DNA from: Candidatus Poribacteria bacterium
GTDB lineage: Bacteria > Poribacteria > WGA-4E > JAJDTR01
Assembly (NCBI GenBank): GCA_965222225.1
Contig: CBDCTK010000002.1
Coordinates: forward strand, 3,232,001 to 3,296,000
Length of the DNA: 64,000 bases
Reading direction: 5' to 3'
Shown: positions 59,104-64,000 of the stretch, one piece after another
Position numbering within the stretch: position 1 is the stretch's first letter
Layout of the letters: each line of letters starts with the position of its first letter
Notes under the pieces: model-generated
What the model saw: only the letters and a program-made list of their open reading frames with translations
Told to the model about the DNA's origin: nothing
Database searches by the model: none
Made by a program: the position numbers and the translations under genes

Positions 59104-60654
59104 TTAGCTAGGTTGTAACATTGCGGCGATGTCTTCCGGTAGTTTCACGTCGTTTTTCTGCTCAAAGTCCGAAACGTCCTCGTATTCGTTTTGAAACGTC
59201 GCAACGATGTCCATCCCCTGTTCTTTCGCGACTATCAAGTCTGACTTCGCGTTTTCCCATTCTTCTAAGTGTAGGCGTGCTTCGCCGCGATTGTAATACG
59301 CTGCCGTAAGATCTGATTTCAGTTCTATCGCTTTGTTAAAGTCTTCAAGGGCACGATTATAATCGGCTTTGTGGTTGTAAGCATTACCGCGATTGTGATA
59401 TGCCCGTGCAAGTTCCGGTTTCAACGCTATCGCTTGCGTATAGTCCGCGATGGATAGGTTGAACTCTTCCTTTTCGAAATAAGCAATGCCTCGATTATAA
59501 TAAGCTGCGGCAAGATCCGGTTTCAGTACAATTGCTTTGTTGTAGTCCACGATTGCAAGATCGACCTCTCCCTTGTTGCGATAAGCGGCACCACGGTTGT
59601 TATAAGGTTCTGCATAATCCGGTTTGAGTCTAATCGCCCTGTTGCAGTCCGCGACGGCACGGTCATAATCGCCTTTGATGCGGTAAGCCCCGCCGCGATT
59701 ACTGTAGGCTTCGGCATAGTCCGGTTTGAACTCTATTGCCTTGTTAAAATCTTCAATGGCGCGGTCAATCTCACCCTTATCACTGTACACGAGACCGCGG
59801 TTATTATAGGCAATAGCAAAATCAGGCTTCAGTTCAATTGCCTTGTTGAGGTGCGTAATTGCTTTCTCATAACGCGCGTGATTTGTCTGTGTCTCCATGC
59901 TTTCAGTCTCCGTTTTGTTGAGGAATCCAATACGCTACTCCTCCAATAGTGTGCTGTCGTCGCGCGGCTCGATTGCACTCCTATAAAGTTCTAAGTATGC
60001 ATTCTGGTGAACACCCTGATTTCTAATGAATCCGTGGAGGTCGTTGTAAACGGTTTCGGTAGATATTCCGTGGTATTTCCTCAAATGGTTTAACATGGGT
60101 TGCTTTATGCTTTGTGGAATATCAATTGTGGTGAACTGTTCCGGTTCAAGAAATCCCTTGGGAGGTCGAACAAACGTACTCTTCTGAGCAATGACTCGAT
60201 TTCTCGGATTCCGAGGCGGGTTGATTGGATCTTCTATGTCCTCGGTTTTCGGCAACAGGACAGCCCTGCCATCTTTGTCACCGGCACCGTCGCACGCAAA
60301 GAAGAGGGCAATGTGATAGTCGGTCGTGAAATCAATCAGATTGGTTTGACCTCCATAGTGCTGGAGTTCGGTCAAGATCTCCATATCGTCCATTTCGTAT
60401 GTATAGCTTCTTGCCGCCTCTAACATTTGATCTTGGATAGCCTCTATGTCAAACGGTTCCTCCCCCATCTCTTTCTTGAATTGACGCCAAAGGTTTGAGG
60501 AGACTTTCCCGCAGTAGGGATCTTCTTGATAATGTTCAGGTTCCCCGCGATAGATGTAGTCGCCGCTGGTTTACTCTGCGGCAATCTCCTGAATCTTTTC
60601 AAAAACCGTATTAAGGTCGTTTGAGGATTCGGATTGGTTCTGTGTGGTCGTCAT
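59104..60654 (-). pseudogene. FRG-domain + TPR gene interrupted by two in-frame stops
   Basis: One reading frame from ATG 60654 (GDYIYRGEPEHY, ELQHYGGQTNLIDFT, RVIAQKS, then TPRs) with TAA at 60571-60573 and TAG at 59935-59937; the TPR part 59104..59898 could still be translated alone. Confidence 0.8.
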
Positions 60655-60705
60655 TTGTCCTCTAGAATGGCAACCTTTTCCTTAATTGTCTGAATCGCGG
60701 ATTAA

Positions 60706-60776
60706 GGGATCTCTATGGGACTTCTATCGCGGTCACTATCCGTTTCCTTGATCCCTCGCTATCCACTCGGTTGATC
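60706..60776 (-). mobile_element. Self-nested pair of 37-nt elements (second copy)
   Basis: Inner copy 60717-60753; differs from 58749-58819 at 2 positions by eye. Confidence 0.75.
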
Positions 60777-60845
60777 GGATTAAATACAAGTAGAAGGGCA
60801 TCTTATTCGGAATTTGTTCCTCTTTGTCCGCTCGTTACTGCTTCC

Positions 60846-61055
60846 TTACATTTTAGCCAGAGTTTTCCATGCTCCTTCATACTTTTTGAAGATTTCCTTT
60901 ATGGCGATTTCGGCATCAATATCCACCGGATGAGCCGTGTCCCGCGCCTCCCTGTCCTGAAGATCAATTAACAAGTCAACGACCATTTCCAGTTCTTCTG
61001 TGGACAGTTGTTCGATTAATGCAATGGCTTATTGTTGGAGTTCCGCTTTTCCCAT
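60846..61055 (-). pseudogene. Paralog of 58889..59098 with a nonsense mutation
   Basis: MGKAELQQ*AIALIEQLSTEELEMVVDLL...; CAA changed to TAA at 61029-61031; same 210-bp length. Confidence 0.85.
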
Positions 61056-61064
61056 GGTAATCCT

Positions 61065-62363
61065 CTAAGGCGTCAACATTGCGGCGATGTCTTCCGGCAG
61101 ATTCGATCCATTTCTCCCCGTGAATTCCCTAACATGTGGAAAAAACTTCTGAAATGAAGCAATGATATCATGGCCCTTGTTCTTGGCAGTTGTCAGGTCG
61201 ATTTTGGCTTCTTCCCATTTCTCGAAGTTTAACTGTACTATACCGCGAGTGAAATGGGCTCTAGCATCATCAGAATTGAGTTCTATCGCTTTGGTTAAGT
61301 CCTCGATTGTACGGCAATAATCGCCTTTCTTAAAGTAAGCAATTCCGCGATAGTGATAGGCATTGGCATAATCAGATTTTAGTTCTATCACTTCATTATA
61401 GTCTGCAATAGCAAGATCGCTCTCGCCACTACAGTAGTAAGCCCAACCGCGATAGAAATAGGCATCGGCATAATTCGGTTTCAGGAATATGGCTTTGCTA
61501 AAAGTCTCAATAGCGAGATTGTACTCGCGCAATTTTAAGTAACACCGACCTTGATCCACATAGGTTGTAGTGTCATACGGCGAATATTGTATCGCTGTAG
61601 TAAAATCCTTGATTGCGCTACGCAACTGATTTTCTCGTTCTTCAATAGTCTGACTTTTTTCCGCAGAGTTCTCTAAGGCACGCTCTGCAAAAACGAGGGG
61701 ATACATCGCATTCTCTGAAGAACGCAAATTTCTATGTCTGATAAATCCGTGAATGTCGTTGTAGATGCTCTGTGTAGATATGTCTTGGAATTTCTGCAGG
61801 TGGATTAGTATCCACTGTTTAAGGTTCCTTGGAACAGTAACAGTAACTATGTCTTGGGGATCAATGTAGCCCGTGGATGGTCTGACAAAAATACTTTTCT
61901 GAGCGATAACGCGGTTTTGCGGGTTCTGAGGTTCTTTTATACGGTATTTTTCGTTTATCTCTTTGGTTCTTTTCAGCAAGATAATTCTGCCATCCTTGTC
62001 ATGGGCCCCGTCGCATGCGAAGAAGAGGGCTATAAGGTAGTCAGTGGTAAAGTCCAATAGATTGGTTGGACTTCCGAAGTGTTGGAGTTCGGTTAAGATC
62101 TCAAATTCTTCTTTGGCATGTTCTCGAATGTGGTCTCTAGCCTCTAACAGAGTTCCTTTTTGCAAATCCTCTATATCAAATTGACTAGATTCAAATGCAT
62201 TCGGATAGCGGTTGTAGAGGCTTGAGGATACCTTATCATAATGTTCAGGCTCACCGCGGTAGATATAGTCACCTCTACCTGATTTTTTTACTATCTCTCG
62301 CGTTATTTTAGACAATTCGTTCAGGTAGTAACGTTGGAGATTGGATTGGTTTGATTTGTTCAA
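61065..62363 (-). CDS. FRG domain + TPR repeat protein
   Basis: GDYIYRGEPEHY, ELQHFGSPTNLLDFT, ALFFAC, NRVIAQKSIF, then TPRs; TTG start after GGAG preferred (ORF extends to 62432). Confidence 0.85.
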   Translation of the reverse strand: MNKSNQSNLQRYYLNELSKITREIVKKSGRGDYIYRGEPEHYDKVSSSLYNRYPNAFESSQFDIEDLQKGTLLEARDHIREHAKEEFEILTELQHFGSPTNLLDFTTDYLIALFFACDGAHDKDGRIILLKRTKEINEKYRIKEPQNPQNRVIAQKSIFVRPSTGYIDPQDIVTVTVPRNLKQWILIHLQKFQDISTQSIYNDIHGFIRHRNLRSSENAMYPLVFAERALENSAEKSQTIEERENQLRSAIKDFTTAIQYSPYDTTTYVDQGRCYLKLREYNLAIETFSKAIFLKPNYADAYFYRGWAYYCSGESDLAIADYNEVIELKSDYANAYHYRGIAYFKKGDYCRTIEDLTKAIELNSDDARAHFTRGIVQLNFEKWEEAKIDLTTAKNKGHDIIASFQKFFPHVREFTGRNGSNLPEDIAAMLTP

Positions 62364-62676
62364 GATTTGTTCTCCACAGTGTCTTTTGACAACTGCCAGA
62401 TTCGCGGATTGCCGCAGCTTAAAGGGTGACACAGATAAAATACCCTCACAGCGTGGATTCGCCTATAATCCGTGTGAAGTGATTTTAATCTGGAGTTACA
62501 AGAGACGAAAAACGCTGATTACCCGAAACTTTGCACCCATACGTTCCAGCTTATTAGAAACAATTATGTGCAAATCCAGTGCTGTGAAACAAGCCTAAGA
62601 ACCTGTTTGAATAATCGGTTGCAAAGCCATTTTTGGTCATTTGTAGGAAGTTTTTTCATGTTTTCATTGTTGGCTG

Positions 62677-62784
62677 CTACATACCTGTCGCCCCGCTGGG
62701 GCTTAGGTGCACGGGGTTTTGGTGTTTCTATACACCTTCCGCCCCTCGGGGCTTTTAGAGGCTGGTACGCAGTGCGCACCCTAC
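62677..62784. repeat. Palindromic repeat doublet plus GTAG REP-like element
   Basis: ACCTGTCGCCCCGCTGGGGCT...CTATACACCTTCCGCCCCTCGGGGCT and GGTACGCAGTGCGCACCCTAC. Confidence 0.6.
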
Positions 62785-62848
62785 AAACTGTATTTTCAAT
62801 CAGGCTCTAAACGTGGTACACCTTATAATTGATAATTGTGGTGTTCTG

Positions 62849-63881
62849 TTATGCAAATCTTGAATGAGCTGAAAACAAATACGAATATATTCCCTTCTCG
62901 ACTTCGTCGCTACCACCCAATCCTGCCAGAGTTCGTGCAGCTGCCAAAAGTCCTCCCAACGGATTTCCAGTAGTAGAAGTCCAAGCGGCTCCTGCTAAAC
63001 CCAAGCAAAAGGATGCGGGCCTTTTCCATGTTTTGCGAGCACGTCTACGGAGATCGCTTGCTATTGAGTCCAGCTCGTCCTGCCGTGCCTCAAACGCTTG
63101 AACTTGCTCTTTAGATTCCATCTGTCCCAACTCCCGGACAAACTTACGCACACATAGACTGTAATTTCGGTGCTCCGAATAATGCTCCTTGCGAAATGCG
63201 AGAACTTCATCAATGGGAGCTGATCTTAAGTCAACTCCGACAGTGTTCATATCAAAGGCGACCACATCGTTGAGTGTCGGTGATGCTGAGATAGACACGA
63301 GTTGTCCAAGTGCTTCAACCAACTCAGGACGATCTGTCGCAGGAGATAAATCCAATCCCCGCTTTTGTCCTTGAGGTCGTAGAATATGTGCAAGCAAGAC
63401 AAGTATCAGAGATCGAACAGCCCTGTGTATTGGGATGGAGTGCCCTCCATCTTCGGTATCTTTAGCTAATCCACGATTTTTTAGCTCCTCAAAAATCATC
63501 TGTGCGAGTCCTGGATCTCCATAAAAACCTAGACGCGAACTTGAGATAGAACCAAAGGCCGTTCCGTCAATATTGAGTCTGTCAAGCGCGCCCGAGGTAA
63601 TGATTTCTGTCATTATTGTAACAAGCTCAAGCGTTGCATCTCTATCCACAGCAGTTTCAGGCTCTATAACATGGAACAATTCATGTTCCTTAAGAGCTGC
63701 GATTAAAGTATGGTCATCAAGGTTAGAATGGTCTTTCATGTAATTGGGAATAAGCATTCCAATTCCATCAAAGAAAAGAATCAAAATGTTTTGCCAATTT
63801 AGGATTACGAAAGTACTGATCTGGATAATAAAAGGCAATTTCTGGATGTGCTTGCGATTTTTCTGAAAACTGCTGTTTCAT
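62849..63881 (-). pseudogene. Hypothetical protein gene, apparently frameshifted near the 5' end
   Basis: AGGAG RBS and ATG at 63881 open MKQQFSEKSQAHPEIAFYYPDQYFRNP, out of frame with the long ORF (..LILFFDGIGML..) that ends at 62849. Confidence 0.55.
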
Positions 63882-64000
63882 TCGAATTGTGACTCCTATT
63901 CGCGTGGTTTACGATATGGAAAAATCTGAATACAGTGGTAAATGCAAAGCTCTGCCCAATGTGCGATTAAGCGAAGTATAACGCAGAGTCGTGCTGAATA

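Noticed and set aside
59104-61055. Stop-codon recoding or an alternative genetic code to explain in-frame stops
   Set aside because: The stops are of mixed type (TAA, TAG, TAA), one is a clear CAA-to-TAA change against its paralog, and other genes end normally at all three stop codons.
62564-62810. Short ORFs overlapping palindromic repeats (also 1429..1620, 25038..25400, 44939..45197)
   Set aside because: These are translations of repeat DNA with no RBS or protein-like features.

Overview
Bacterial chromosomal window with about 45 genes and no rRNA, tRNA, CRISPR array or transposase that I can recognise. The gene repertoire (FG-GAP proteins with a C-terminal FQNFPNPFNPETW domain, DUF6785-type membrane protein, sulfatase, Gfo/Idh/MocA enzymes, FRG-TPR proteins, archaeal-type pantoate kinase and phosphopantothenate synthetase) suggests Candidatus Poribacteria; this is an inference. 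Housekeeping genes include accD, topA, polX, moaC, miaB, map, ccmC, a PII gene with two amt genes, trpF, a Ski2-like helicase, tsaE, ino1 and a fused E1/E2 2-oxoacid dehydrogenase. There are two tandem duplications: a 4.7-5.0 kb unit at 7049-16793 joined by a 10-bp microhomology, and an FRG-TPR plus small-gene unit at 58730-62363 with reciprocal pseudogenisation. The most striking unexplained signal is a non-palindromic ~37-nt element (consensus GATCAANNGANNGRATAGSGANNGCGATAGNNN(N)TCCC). It occurs at about 14 essentially intergenic loci as roughly 30 full or partial copies. It interrupts REP-like hairpins and other host repeats (filled and empty versions are both visible), nests inside itself in both orientations, appears to replace 2-3 target bases rather than duplicate them, and forms stacks of 5' or 3' fragments. 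No mobilising enzyme is evident in this window. All alignments were done by eye.
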